Shown: positions 17,962 through 29,334 of the stretch, in pieces
Layout of the letters: each line of letters starts with the position of its first letter
How positions within the stretch are numbered: position 1 is the first letter of the stretch
Origin: a virus
Lineage: Duplodnaviria > Caudoviricetes
Virus record (IMG/VR): IMGVR_UViG_3300017912_004183
Span: 1 to 55,558 of that record
Strand: one strand, 5' to 3'
DNA length: 55,558 nt
The notes under the pieces: generated by a model
Database searches by the model: none
What the model was told of the DNA's origin: nothing
What the model saw: only the letters and a program-made list of their open reading frames with translations
Position numbers and translations under genes: made by a program

Positions 17962-19389
17962 TTATGGGGTTCCAAATGGATTCATCTCAGAGAAATCTAT
18001 AATATTATCGGACTCTGCTTCTATATTGTAATTATCTGCAAATCCATCATCCGTTGGGAACTTATCAACAAACAATATTCTATGAGTTGCACCAGATTCC
18101 TCACCAGTAATTAATTCCCCAATCTTAAATTCTCCTGTTATATTTGAAACATCTAGTACATTTGTATAACTCCAAGTTCTAACTCTTGCTGTTGTACCAG
18201 ACTCAGATCCAGTTACTTTTTCATTGAAGGTAAAGTTTCCTTGAGATTCTAGATATGGATCGGATATTGTAATGACGGGTGCTTCTGTATAACCAATACC
18301 TGCATTAATTAGATTAATTGAGGATATTTGCCCATCTTCACCAATTACAGCGGTTGCAGACGCTCCTACGGTCGAATTGCCGCTTATTGTGATGGTAGGT
18401 TGATCTATATAACCCAGTCCTGGGTTTGTTACTTCAAACTTTCTTATCACACCATCAGCAATTTCAGTCACAGCTTCTGCACCACTACCATCACCATAGA
18501 ACTTTATTCCAGGTGCTTCTACATATCCAGAACCAGTGTCCACAATATCCACATTTTGAACTAATCTTGTCCTTGTTCCAAGAGTTGCATCATGCAGATT
18601 TATACCACCAATTAATCGTGTTGTCGCTATTCCAGTCACTCCTCCAGTGGGTGCAGAAGAAAACCCAACTGATGGGAAGTCAGAATATCCACTACCTCTA
18701 TTTGTAATTGTTACAAACTGAATACCACCATTAGCAATAGTTGCTGTAGCAGTAGCAGTAACCCCAACACCAGTAACCAAAATTGTTTGAGTTGGACCAA
18801 GGACTACAGAAGTTCCATCAGATGTCCTGCCATCCATTTCATTCCCAACTAAATTATCATCAATTTCTTGAATATCTGTATCAATAATCTCATTCTCATA
18901 ACGGAAGATTTCGCATCTTAATTCATAAACATAATTTTTTTGAAGTTGATAAAATGGTTTTTCGTGCTCTACATATTTAATCTCATAAAGTCTATCACCT
19001 AAAGGTAGATATATTAGATCTCCTTCTTTTGGTCTAGATGATAATTTGATATCTGGTTTATCTCTTATTAGTGGTTCAATATAAGTTTCCCATCTTTCTT
19101 GGGAGATTACAAAAACAACTTCTTGAGTTTGCTCGATGCCAAATTTAGATAATAGCACAGGATTTTCTGCGTACCCTTCATAATTTTGTATATATGCTTC
19201 TATGGGGTATGAATTTATAAATGCAGATTTAGTTACTTCTTTTATTATATCATTTTCACTTACATATGATCTGGGCATATAATGAACTTCTATGCCATAC
19301 ATTCTTAATTGTTCATTAATAAGATCTTGAATGAGACTTTGCTCACCCGATGTTCCTTGGGTAAAAAATGGATTTAACATATCAACCAA
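17962..19389 (-). CDS. gp14: Neck protein
   Basis: LNPFF.QG...EQ.LIQDLINEQ, RPKEGDLIY.PL, VEHEKPFYQL and DFSEMNPFG motifs; internal G.GY repeat insert. Confidence 0.94.
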   Translation of the reverse strand: MVDMLNPFFTQGTSGEQSLIQDLINEQLRMYGIEVHYMPRSYVSENDIIKEVTKSAFINSYPIEAYIQNYEGYAENPVLLSKFGIEQTQEVVFVISQERWETYIEPLIRDKPDIKLSSRPKEGDLIYLPLGDRLYEIKYVEHEKPFYQLQKNYVYELRCEIFRYENEIIDTDIQEIDDNLVGNEMDGRTSDGTSVVLGPTQTILVTGVGVTATATATIANGGIQFVTITNRGSGYSDFPSVGFSSAPTGGVTGIATTRLIGGINLHDATLGTRTRLVQNVDIVDTGSGYVEAPGIKFYGDGSGAEAVTEIADGVIRKFEVTNPGLGYIDQPTITISGNSTVGASATAVIGEDGQISSINLINAGIGYTEAPVITISDPYLESQGNFTFNEKVTGSESGTTARVRTWSYTNVLDVSNITGEFKIGELITGEESGATHRILFVDKFPTDDGFADNYNIEAESDNIIDFSEMNPFGTP

Positions 19390-20230
19390 TCATATCTAGT
19401 GGTGGTAATTCGTATGTACTTGACATCTCTTCTAAAATAAAGTTTATCTCATTCTGAGCATCTTCATAAATCATTCTTCCATTTAACTCCACTCCACCAG
19501 GAAGTTTAACTCCTTGGAATTTGATAAGATTCTGTCCCCATTGTCTCTTAACAAGTGCTGTAAGATATCTCTTTAAAAAAGAATCATTCCATACTTTAGT
19601 ATATTCATTTGGATCAAGAAGACGATAGCAATCAATAATTAAATGCTCGCCTTCTTTCACAGCAGACCAATCAATATCAATATACAACCTATCCATTCTT
19701 TGATTAAATCTAATTTGTTTTTCAGTTGTTAGTAAGAAATTGAGATCTTCCAAATATGTTTTAGTCATAGCATATGTGAGAATCTCCATTGATCCCCAAT
19801 AGTAGAGATCGTTGAGGAACATCTGATATTTCAAACTAAACATATTATTTGTGGTGGTATTTGCACCATCAAAATGATATATCTTAGTTATTCCTATTAC
19901 AGATGATGGGACCTGTAAGTAGTTGCCAGTTTCATTGTATGAGAAATTTACAGTTCCCATACCTGGCATCTCCGAACTAACGGTAGTTGTAGTTACACCT
20001 ACATTTCCATCCTTTTCTTTTGCCCTACCTCTGTCAATATCATCTTGGGTGATTTTATATTTTAGGTAGGTTTGCACTACCCCATCAAAATGCCTCTCAT
20101 GATAATACTGTAGAGCATCATCTACTAAATCATCAAGTTGCTCTTCGGCAACATTGATTTCTAATACTGGAGCGCCTAACTGCCTTTTGCAGTAGTTTAT
20201 CAACTCAGACCTACTTGATGGTTGTGACAT
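19382..20230 (-). CDS. gp13: Neck protein
   Basis: RQLGAPVLEINV, HFDG, KRQWGQNLIKFQGVKLPGG and YELPPLDMIG motifs. Confidence 0.96.
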   Translation of the reverse strand: MSQPSSRSELINYCKRQLGAPVLEINVAEEQLDDLVDDALQYYHERHFDGVVQTYLKYKITQDDIDRGRAKEKDGNVGVTTTTVSSEMPGMGTVNFSYNETGNYLQVPSSVIGITKIYHFDGANTTTNNMFSLKYQMFLNDLYYWGSMEILTYAMTKTYLEDLNFLLTTEKQIRFNQRMDRLYIDIDWSAVKEGEHLIIDCYRLLDPNEYTKVWNDSFLKRYLTALVKRQWGQNLIKFQGVKLPGGVELNGRMIYEDAQNEINFILEEMSSTYELPPLDMIG

Positions 20231-20268
20231 TTACTTAAAATAGACCTATTAATAGTATTTATCATTAT

Positions 20269-20535
20269 TCATAAAAACTCTCCATCACCATCACAAATTC
20301 CTGTTTCCACATACTTTATAGTGCTATACATTTCTCTTCTAGCATCTTCTTGGTGATAGACAGACCAACACCAAGATAATGCCATTTTTCTCATCTCCTC
20401 AATATCATCACAATCTTCAATATATGGTATTAGGTTCTTAAACTGTGGGTGTCTTGGTGGATTCTCAAGACACTTTTCTTTTAATTGTTCAAAATTTAAC
20501 ATATTGCCATTAAGTATAAGTTCATCATATTCCAT
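20269..20535 (-). CDS. Hypothetical protein
   Basis: 88-aa ORF overlapping the upstream small ORF; no recognisable motif. Confidence 0.6.
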   Translation of the reverse strand: MEYDELILNGNMLNFEQLKEKCLENPPRHPQFKNLIPYIEDCDDIEEMRKMALSWCWSVYHQEDARREMYSTIKYVETGICDGDGEFL

Positions 20536-20731
20536 CAGTGAGTTTTTTTAACATCATTTTAATTTCACTAATTTCGTCTTTCATATTGTCCAAATCAACT
20601 CTTATAGAATCAACCTCTTTATCATGTTTTATCTTAGAGTTTCTTGTTGATATATACTCTTCATATTTGCTTATATTTGTATTGGATATTGAATTTGTAT
20701 TCAAGTCACGTTTGTAATCTAAATTATCCAT
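20525..20731 (-). CDS. Small coiled-coil protein
   Basis: RD..TNSI.N....YEEY plus C-terminal heptads; ATG at 20731 follows the VrlC-like stop. Confidence 0.75.
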   Translation of the reverse strand: MDNLDYKRDLNTNSISNTNISKYEEYISTRNSKIKHDKEVDSIRVDLDNMKDEISEIKMMLKKLTDGI

Positions 20732-20732
20732 A

Positions 20733-23700
20733 TTATGCAAGTGCAATTACTTTTAAATCACGGATCTTTGGAATGTCTACCTGACTATTTGAAGTCATAA
20801 TAATCTTTATCTTATAGCACTTAAAGTCGGGCAAATTGTCAGCAGTAAATTCATACTCCCTATAACCCGCTGACTTTTCAACTTTTTTATCTGATGTTCC
20901 ATCATATTTTGATTCTTTACCTGGGAATGGGGTAAATACTGGATCAAATCCTTTATTTTCACTTATAGCATAGAATGCGCGGATTTCATTATCCTTACTT
21001 AAATCTCCATTTAAGATTATCTTAAGGGCAGATGCTTTGCTCTCAATATCCATTTCTTTAGAAATATACTGACACGCAGTTGGATCAGTAAATATTCTAT
21101 TAACTCTATCATCTGTAACATAATCAGTTATTATATTATTGATTCTGTTTGATGTGAATATCATGCTCACTCTTTCTGAATCAATAACCGGACTTAACTT
21201 TGAATTTGTTGTGGACAGGAACAATCTAAGATTGGCAGATTTACTTCCTGGACTTGCAGTCATTCTTGTATCTTCATTGACCTTTGAGCATATGATTCTA
21301 GGTGAATTTAAATAATTTGGTTTGTTAATTGAAATCTCCTCAAATCCAGGAGTTAAGAATGGCACCTCACTTCCACTTTGTGACTGCCCAGTAGTTGTTT
21401 TTATTTGACCAGATAAATTTGTACCATCAACAGTTAAGTTATGGATATTTGGTGTTATCACCTCAAATGGTATATTTTGTGATGCTTTTATCTCATATCC
21501 ACCAGAAGTTTTTGTTTCTCTCGCAAATAATTTTGCAAAAGTAGTATCATCACTTCTATCATCATTACTTGGATTATATATTACCTGAGTATTGATTTTG
21601 ATGTAGTAGGAATCAAATGTTATTGGATATTTGTCTCTATCAGATACATCAGAGAAATCATGAGCTCTGTTTATTCTTCTAAGACTTATTCCATTATTCT
21701 CATACTTATAAACTGGGGTTCCTACTGGATATGTTTTTGATATTGTATCCTCAACTCCTCTAGCAATTCCAATAAGTTGATTTCCACTAACACTAGTGTA
21801 TTCAATGATTTCATCCTCTATTAAGATATATCCGGTATTGTTTGTTCCAACTGAAGCATTTTCAAATTCTGCAAATTGACTTGAGTCATCAACAGATATT
21901 GATGCTGTAGAAGAAGAACTATATGCTACACTCAACTTAGTTGGTTTAGAGTCTGGTTGTACTCCAAATAACTCAACAACATTATTAGTCGAATGCATAC
22001 CATGATTTTTATGATTGACTTTTACATGCAATCCATCAGAATACTCACTATTAATTTCGCTTAAGTAAACTGGATTATCATCATCACCTAAAACATCTGA
22101 TGAAGTTCCATTATCTTTAACATATAGCAACTTGTTGGTTGTAGCATTCTTAAGGAATTCTCCTTGTATATTATCAAATATTAACTGATTAATATTTCCA
22201 ATAGTTGCAACTGTTAGTCTTGCTCCAATTCCAGTTCCAGTTGTTGAGATTCCAACAACATCACCAACATTGTATCCATAACCACCAGATGTAATTGTTG
22301 CTGCACTAACTTCTCCGGATGAGAGAGTTATGGTTGCCTTTGCATCTCTACCATTACCAGTAATTGCTGTCAAATCTACATCAGTAAGTGATGCTGCATT
22401 ACCATATCCAGAACCTGCAGAGGTAACTGTTAATGATCCAGTTGCTTCTGCTGCTTTACTAATCAAAGTTGCGTGTGCATTTGTATTCTCTTGCTTGTAT
22501 TTTCTGCCAGGATCTAATGCATAACTATCCATTACTGTCGAACCACCAATATGTGTTGATAATCCTACACTTAGTTTTTTAGAACTAAATGATAGTGAAT
22601 CTGGCATTAATTTTGTAACTTTCAATTCTGGATTATAGAACTCAACAGACCCAGAATCTAAGAAGTCCGCTCTATATAAAGAGAATTTTAGGTTCTCATT
22701 TGTACTTGGTTCCCAATTGGATGTATTTTGCGATTTGAATAATGGACCAAGATAAGAAAGATTTGAGATATATGAATCAGAAAGTATATCAAGCTCTCCA
22801 ATCATAGAAACGTAAACTTCATATCTCGTTGAATTTGACTTCAAGCAAATTGCATATTCTGTATTTTCTCCTTCCAAATACACTGGAGATTTGAAGTTAA
22901 AAGATGTTGCTGCAGATCCATCTGAAGATGTTTGAATCTCTTCAGGATCTAAAACTACACTAGATCCTGGAATTATTTTATTTGATGGAACTCCGTTCTT
23001 CATTGGTCTTATTTGGATTTCAATTGGAATTCCACTAACATCTTTTGATCTAAAATATACATCACATCTTGTTACAAATATTCCATGATCATCTTCAACC
23101 GTAAATTCTTGTGCAAATGGGTCATACCATGCTGTTATATTCTCTAATGATGTTTGTGAAGAAGAACCAGATACTATTTCTGTATCAATGGTGTCTCTTA
23201 CAGATGCTTCTTTAATCTCATGTCTTGCTTGAGACATTGGTGTTCTAATTGAAACTATGTCATTATGAACCGTTTCAATAATACCCGAAGACATGTATGA
23301 ACTCTCAGCAATAGATGTTGAAAGATTTTCGTCATTATCTGGGTCACTGGTTAAAGTAAAAACTTTCTCACCAGATTCAAATCTAGGATTTGAGGATCTC
23401 ATAGAATCTGGAATATACAAACTTCCAGATAAGCATGATGCATAATCAGATACTAATCTATTATTAGTAACTGTTGCTTGAGCTCCACTTTCTCTTCCAC
23501 AAAGAACCATACCGACTTCTATCCATCCATGATAATCAATCTCACAATCATTAGAAAGTGATAAGGTGTCTACATTTAAGGTTATAGATGTGGATGAATA
23601 TATTTCCGGTATTTGTATACCTGTATATTGGTCTTCTCTGTATATTTTTGTTGGAGAATTATATGGACCTTCTTTATGGTTTGCTTGTGCAACTCTAAAT

Positions 23701-26700
23701 GAAATATGTGCGGATTCACTTGTCTTCTGGTCCAAATCATTGGAAATCATCAATCCATCTACAGTTTCTCCAACTTCAAATATTCCATCAATCATTGTTA
23801 TTTCCAACATCTTTGGAACACAATAATTACTTACATCTTTTCCATCAAAGAATGCATACATTCTTGTATTTGGTTTGATATTTTTAGACTCAAAGTGAAT
23901 ATTTGTTGACTTTGTACTCAAATTGACTTTATCAACAATTTTATTTTGAACTCCAGTTCCAACACTTCCCTTTGTCTTTAGAATATTAATATGATTATTA
24001 ATACCTACAGATTCTTTATCCTCTTCTTGCGATAATGAAGTGCTTATATTATATTTTTGTGAATATGTATCTGAATCAAAATTTGGATTCATTCCTATCC
24101 AATTTTTTTGCCAAGAGTTCCAAACATTTGGTTCAAAACCTTCTTGATGATCAGAATTATGACCTCTTCTAACATCAACCCAATAACTTGAACTGGGACT
24201 AAGATCAATTGTTCCTTGCCAAAAACTGACCACGAAAGGAGATACACTTTCAGTCCTAGTTGCGAATGATTGTGATAACCATTCAATCTCAGAATAATCT
24301 AGAGTTATTATATTATTTTCTTTTCTTACATTTATGCCTTCTATCGTAGAATATGCAAGATCCTCTCCAGGAGTAACACCAGACACCGGTCCTGGCATAA
24401 ATCCAAGTGAAGTTGTATAGTGCTTTGGTCTCAATTCATTTGTGGTCTCATCAATACTATTATTAATTGGGACCGAATCATCCTGAGACTTAAATGATGT
24501 GAAGTCATCAACAAAGAATCCAGATTTAAATCTATTGGAGTTATTTACATCCTCAATGAATAAATTTTCTGTCGATGACTCTAATATTGATAAAGTTGTG
24601 AATTTTTCTAAATTACTAATCCTATCCTCTAAGTGCTTTATATCACTCATGGTATATCTCTTATGATCAGATGCATTAATTACTGCATCTCTAGTATCAT
24701 ATAGATATGGTGGTATATTAACTGTTGCTATTTCTAGAGTGCCATCAACCTGATCTGGTCTTTCTGGGAAATCGGACTCTACTCCATACTTAACTTGAAG
24801 TTTTCCTGATTTTGTTAAGAAGATACTATCAATTCTTCCTCGATAATATGATAGATCTACCGAGATTTTTTCATTTGGTGCTAGAATATTCTTAGAAGCA
24901 TTTCCACCTACAGAAAAGTTTCTACCATAAAATTCTAATGGTGAACGATCTGTAGACGGTGTATGTACATACTCAGATACTCTTGGTCTAGTGTCAATAA
25001 TATCAGTATTTCTTATACCCGAAATTGATTGAATTTCTTTTGAATAGTCAAAGCTTTGATATGAATTAACAGTTGTTACATCTCCAGTGTCTGCAGAATC
25101 ATAGGATGCACTAGAAAAATAAATTCTTAACTTTCTAGTTGGTTCCTCAACATCCGTTTTTCTCTTTATAGATGCATAATTGTAAAATGTCTTTTCCTGA
25201 CCTGTTGAATATGTGTAATTAGTTGATACATCAAAACTTGGTGAAGTTATAGAATTTAAATTCGCAGAGTAACCAGATTCTTCAAAATCCAGAATTTCTC
25301 CGACAGTAAATCTATTTTCATTTTTATATAGAACTGATATCGAAGAAGAATTGGTGCTAATTTTCTCTGCTACTATCGCTACAGATCCACTTAATTGCCC
25401 AACAACCCTTTCTCCAATAATCAAGTCACTAGTTGTTAACGATGGCGTATTCAAAGAAGAAAGGGATAATACTGGACTGGATGGGTCAGTAATATTTGCA
25501 GATTCAAAAACTCCATGAATCTTAATAATGTCTGGTTTGTTTACAGATATAACTTCATCCTGAACTCTAGTTCCAAATGGATAATCTCCACTCGTTAAAC
25601 CGTCATTTAAAGTTGTTGCTCCAATTCCTGACTGTTGCAATTTAGATTTATCAATGATAATTGAATCTACTTTGCTGAGTACTTTTGTTTTTGAACTTGG
25701 AGATGATTTTTCTATTGTGGCAATTAATTTTGCTCCACTATCATCCAATCCTAGATTTTCTATTTCAATAAATTTCGAATCTATTGATAATTTAAAATTA
25801 CTAAAATCTAATTCTTCTATGCTTCCGTCCGATCTAATTAATGTATATCTATCTGGTTTGAACTCTAAAAATACTTCTCCACTTCCAGCAGAAGGTCTTG
25901 TATTAGTTGTTATTTTATTATTAACAATATCTACAGTATATGTTTTTCTAATTGTAATGGATGAATTATCTAAATTTAAAGATGAAATATTTTTCTTTGG
26001 TACTACAGCAAATAAAGAATCATCAATTGACTGATTTATTCTATCTACATCGGCACTAAAATCTACCGTCCCACCATCTTTTGATAAGATGGATTTGACA
26101 TCAGACATTTTATAAGTTTGAATCGAAGATATAGTTATACCACTCTCAATACCATCAATACTCAGACTCTCATCAACTAAGAATGTCCCACTTATCCCAT
26201 ATACTTTGGCAATATTAGAATTGGTAATATCTTCAACTAAAAATGCTGTTGCTCCACTGCTATTACCTCTCATAAATGTTGGTGTTGAAAATGTTTTCGC
26301 AATATTAAGAGTTAATTGGGCGAAAATATCTATATCATATAAAGAGATGCCCCATTCATTTTGATTTGGATCTGTATTATATGAACTTGATTCTAAATTA
26401 AAATCATATACTCTAGCAATACCAATCTCACTCCCTGCTTCAGCTGTTGGAGACCCGACAGCAGTATCTCTTAAACTTACATGATATGAAGTACCTATCC
26501 CAGTAGTTGGGGAATTGTATAATTTTTTAAGAATTAGGGTGTTTCCATTGTTGAAGGAAAGTGGTTGATTGGTTAACGTCTTACCAGTTCTTGGTTTTTG
26601 AACATCAATCATAACTGGTGATGTTGTTTCTACTTCATAACCACGCACAAGTGCTGATCCTGGTGATATTTTGTATACAGCTAATTCTTCTGAGGGTGTT

Positions 26701-27752
26701 CCTCCACTTGGAGTAAATTGATCTAATTCAAATAAACCCCTATTTCCAATTTTATCGTCTAAAGAATCCTCTAGTGTTACTTCAAACGGTTTAGTATAAA
26801 AACTTCCAGATTCTACATAACTCCTATTTGCAATAGTATCCGAAATACTATTTCTAACTTCTATACTAGAATTTGATGTATTTGTATTGGTTCTTAATAC
26901 TCCATCTTCTATTACAGCAAGTTCAATGAAATTTGTATCATCAAAATCATTTAAAGGTTTCTTAAACAAACTGGCAGTAATTCTTAATCTATCTGCTCCT
27001 GGAGCCGAATAATTATTAAATCCTTGAGAATTGTCGTTCAGGGAGTCATCTATATCTGCAGTTATAACTTCTTCATTAATGAATAGACCAACTCTATAAT
27101 TTGGTCTATCTGTATATTGATCTAATATTAAATATTCTCTATCAACTTCTACAAAATTTCCTCTTATGAAGTAAACTCCACTTTCTATCTGGAAAACAGA
27201 ACCAGTTGCAGTTGAATCTTCTGCAAATGTTGTTGCAAATGGCGTCCCTTCTTGGATAAATGGATTTCCGAATAGTGTAGATGTAATTAGTTGGTTAGAA
27301 ACAAGTTCTTCTCCATCTAAAAATGTCTGAGTACTATTATTCTCAGTACTTGAACTGATATAGTTAATATACAGTGTTATATTTTCTCTTTCTGATTGCT
27401 CGGCGGGTAGGACAAAATCAACATATGCAGAAACTCCAGAAGTTTGACCAGTTATTTTTGATCCTATAAGCTGATCCATATATGAAGAAACTGGAACTCC
27501 TAAGTGTGTTGCATTTAACTGAACACAATAATATAACTGGGAGTATCCAGTATTTCCTGGGATTACTTTGGATCCCTCTTTAAAAAAATGTTGACCAAAC
27601 TTTTCAACCTGATCTTGCAATATTGATTGCAGAGTTGTTAACTCTCTTGCCTGAACGGGGTATCCTGGTTTGAATAGAACTCGATGATAATCATTGGTTG
27701 ATTCAAAATCATCAAAATATGGTTCTACGTTGAGATTAGTTTGCTGTGGCAT
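20733..27752 (-). CDS. Large virion structural protein (VrlC-like)
   Basis: 2339 aa; MPQQTNLNVEPYFDDF, VLFKPGYPVQARELTTLQSILQ, APGADRL, RFKSGFFVDDF and DPFAQEF motifs; ends PKIRDLKVIALA. Confidence 0.9.
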   Translation of the reverse strand: MPQQTNLNVEPYFDDFESTNDYHRVLFKPGYPVQARELTTLQSILQDQVEKFGQHFFKEGSKVIPGNTGYSQLYYCVQLNATHLGVPVSSYMDQLIGSKITGQTSGVSAYVDFVLPAEQSERENITLYINYISSSTENNSTQTFLDGEELVSNQLITSTLFGNPFIQEGTPFATTFAEDSTATGSVFQIESGVYFIRGNFVEVDREYLILDQYTDRPNYRVGLFINEEVITADIDDSLNDNSQGFNNYSAPGADRLRITASLFKKPLNDFDDTNFIELAVIEDGVLRTNTNTSNSSIEVRNSISDTIANRSYVESGSFYTKPFEVTLEDSLDDKIGNRGLFELDQFTPSGGTPSEELAVYKISPGSALVRGYEVETTSPVMIDVQKPRTGKTLTNQPLSFNNGNTLILKKLYNSPTTGIGTSYHVSLRDTAVGSPTAEAGSEIGIARVYDFNLESSSYNTDPNQNEWGISLYDIDIFAQLTLNIAKTFSTPTFMRGNSSGATAFLVEDITNSNIAKVYGISGTFLVDESLSIDGIESGITISSIQTYKMSDVKSILSKDGGTVDFSADVDRINQSIDDSLFAVVPKKNISSLNLDNSSITIRKTYTVDIVNNKITTNTRPSAGSGEVFLEFKPDRYTLIRSDGSIEELDFSNFKLSIDSKFIEIENLGLDDSGAKLIATIEKSSPSSKTKVLSKVDSIIIDKSKLQQSGIGATTLNDGLTSGDYPFGTRVQDEVISVNKPDIIKIHGVFESANITDPSSPVLSLSSLNTPSLTTSDLIIGERVVGQLSGSVAIVAEKISTNSSSISVLYKNENRFTVGEILDFEESGYSANLNSITSPSFDVSTNYTYSTGQEKTFYNYASIKRKTDVEEPTRKLRIYFSSASYDSADTGDVTTVNSYQSFDYSKEIQSISGIRNTDIIDTRPRVSEYVHTPSTDRSPLEFYGRNFSVGGNASKNILAPNEKISVDLSYYRGRIDSIFLTKSGKLQVKYGVESDFPERPDQVDGTLEIATVNIPPYLYDTRDAVINASDHKRYTMSDIKHLEDRISNLEKFTTLSILESSTENLFIEDVNNSNRFKSGFFVDDFTSFKSQDDSVPINNSIDETTNELRPKHYTTSLGFMPGPVSGVTPGEDLAYSTIEGINVRKENNIITLDYSEIEWLSQSFATRTESVSPFVVSFWQGTIDLSPSSSYWVDVRRGHNSDHQEGFEPNVWNSWQKNWIGMNPNFDSDTYSQKYNISTSLSQEEDKESVGINNHINILKTKGSVGTGVQNKIVDKVNLSTKSTNIHFESKNIKPNTRMYAFFDGKDVSNYCVPKMLEITMIDGIFEVGETVDGLMISNDLDQKTSESAHISFRVAQANHKEGPYNSPTKIYREDQYTGIQIPEIYSSTSITLNVDTLSLSNDCEIDYHGWIEVGMVLCGRESGAQATVTNNRLVSDYASCLSGSLYIPDSMRSSNPRFESGEKVFTLTSDPDNDENLSTSIAESSYMSSGIIETVHNDIVSIRTPMSQARHEIKEASVRDTIDTEIVSGSSSQTSLENITAWYDPFAQEFTVEDDHGIFVTRCDVYFRSKDVSGIPIEIQIRPMKNGVPSNKIIPGSSVVLDPEEIQTSSDGSAATSFNFKSPVYLEGENTEYAICLKSNSTRYEVYVSMIGELDILSDSYISNLSYLGPLFKSQNTSNWEPSTNENLKFSLYRADFLDSGSVEFYNPELKVTKLMPDSLSFSSKKLSVGLSTHIGGSTVMDSYALDPGRKYKQENTNAHATLISKAAEATGSLTVTSAGSGYGNAASLTDVDLTAITGNGRDAKATITLSSGEVSAATITSGGYGYNVGDVVGISTTGTGIGARLTVATIGNINQLIFDNIQGEFLKNATTNKLLYVKDNGTSSDVLGDDDNPVYLSEINSEYSDGLHVKVNHKNHGMHSTNNVVELFGVQPDSKPTKLSVAYSSSSTASISVDDSSQFAEFENASVGTNNTGYILIEDEIIEYTSVSGNQLIGIARGVEDTISKTYPVGTPVYKYENNGISLRRINRAHDFSDVSDRDKYPITFDSYYIKINTQVIYNPSNDDRSDDTTFAKLFARETKTSGGYEIKASQNIPFEVITPNIHNLTVDGTNLSGQIKTTTGQSQSGSEVPFLTPGFEEISINKPNYLNSPRIICSKVNEDTRMTASPGSKSANLRLFLSTTNSKLSPVIDSERVSMIFTSNRINNIITDYVTDDRVNRIFTDPTACQYISKEMDIESKASALKIILNGDLSKDNEIRAFYAISENKGFDPVFTPFPGKESKYDGTSDKKVEKSAGYREYEFTADNLPDFKCYKIKIIMTSNSQVDIPKIRDLKVIALA

Positions 27753-27758
27753 AATTCT

Positions 27759-29312
27759 TTAGAATTGCAAGATGACTTTTATATCTTCTTTTTGATTTTT
27801 TGATCTAGTAATAGAAGGTCTATTATCTACATAAATGATGTTTCCAGATTGTTTTTTAACTTCTGGTGATGACAGACCATCTACAAATTCTTGACCAAGA
27901 TAGTAAGTTCTATTATTTATTGTGGTAGAAATACCTGAGAAATTGGTGTCTATTTCTAAATCTTGTCCAGAAGATGGGACAATTGTTAAACTTCCACCAG
28001 ATTCTGGCAAGTTAGTAAATTCAATCAATTCAAATCCATATTGTGGATTTGTAACAGCATTACCAGATACATCAAATCCATGTGGAGTTCTATCTTGCCA
28101 ATATTTTAAAACGCCTGTAGTTTGATCATAACTAATAACTCTACCAACTGCAGTCACACCAGCTCCCACATTCTGTGTTATTGTTGCATCAGGATCAAAT
28201 GTTGCGGAATCTACCCCAACTCCAGTCAATTTTAGTGCATATACTGCACTAGCTTTATCTAAGGACAAAATAGAATTGTCTGTTTGCCGTGGATTTTCTA
28301 CAATGCCAACTCTTGCAACTTGGTTTCCAGATATAAAATCTGGATTTGATTGGTCATTTTCTATCCTAGTATATAAAAGAACATTATATGCACCTAACTC
28401 TCGATATATATCTGCACCATGTCCTCCCTGTGGGGACATTATAACATCAAATACTGGTTGAACATCCCCTTCAGGAACAGAACCAGCACTTAAGTCAACT
28501 GATCCATATGTATAATTACTACCTTGATTTGAAATCGTTATAGATTCTACTCTTCTATCATTGTTTGTTATAATTGTACACTCAGCTCCACTTCCATCAC
28601 CTCTAATTGGAACTCTTGTAAATTCTGTTCCACCAATTGGTCCTATATTTTCTCCACGATTTAGTATAATTGCAGTTTTAATTGAACCATTCACTGCATT
28701 ATTTCTTACAGAGTCATTATCTGGGTTCGTTTCCCAATCATCTGGTACAGGTATGAAATCTGTTGATTCAAATTTAACAATATCACTTGGTTTAATAGTG
28801 TATAGATATTTCCATATATATCCATCCCCACTGCTTCCTGCTGCTCTTGGTTCTAGGTCAGTAAATGTTGGTTCATCCAGAGATGGTTTTCCATTAGGAG
28901 TATCTGGATCTGTACCATTTTGTAGACATATATAAACTTTATATTCACTATTCATTACATAATATGATGAATTATATAAGTTTGTAGAACCAGAAATTCT
29001 AGCAGTATTTGATCTGCTATAATCATGTCTATACATGTCATAAGTTGTTCCAGAATTCCAAGGTCTTCTTACAACAACTCTCCTTACATCTGAAGAATTT
29101 ATTTTCTTCAAAGCAATCATCGTATCCCAATAGTTATTCTCTTCATCAAAATTATCTTTTGGTGAAGGTGGAGTTACATTCCAATCGGATTGATATTCTG
29201 TTGCGTTGGGGAGACCAATAAATGAGTAGTAAGAATTGTTAGAAGACTTTACTTCATTAACAAAGTTCTTTGCATTTAAAATTCTAATTTGGTCTGTGAT
29301 TATTGCTGCCAT
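27759..29312 (-). CDS. gp8: Baseplate wedge subunit
   Basis: MAAIITDQIRILNA, W.SGTTYDMY, YKVYICLQNG, DGYIWKYLYTI and YVDNRP.ITR...QKEDIK motifs. Confidence 0.93.
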   Translation of the reverse strand: MAAIITDQIRILNAKNFVNEVKSSNNSYYSFIGLPNATEYQSDWNVTPPSPKDNFDEENNYWDTMIALKKINSSDVRRVVVRRPWNSGTTYDMYRHDYSRSNTARISGSTNLYNSSYYVMNSEYKVYICLQNGTDPDTPNGKPSLDEPTFTDLEPRAAGSSGDGYIWKYLYTIKPSDIVKFESTDFIPVPDDWETNPDNDSVRNNAVNGSIKTAIILNRGENIGPIGGTEFTRVPIRGDGSGAECTIITNNDRRVESITISNQGSNYTYGSVDLSAGSVPEGDVQPVFDVIMSPQGGHGADIYRELGAYNVLLYTRIENDQSNPDFISGNQVARVGIVENPRQTDNSILSLDKASAVYALKLTGVGVDSATFDPDATITQNVGAGVTAVGRVISYDQTTGVLKYWQDRTPHGFDVSGNAVTNPQYGFELIEFTNLPESGGSLTIVPSSGQDLEIDTNFSGISTTINNRTYYLGQEFVDGLSSPEVKKQSGNIIYVDNRPSITRSKNQKEDIKVILQF

Positions 29313-29334
29313 TACACAAAAGTTTTTTATTTAT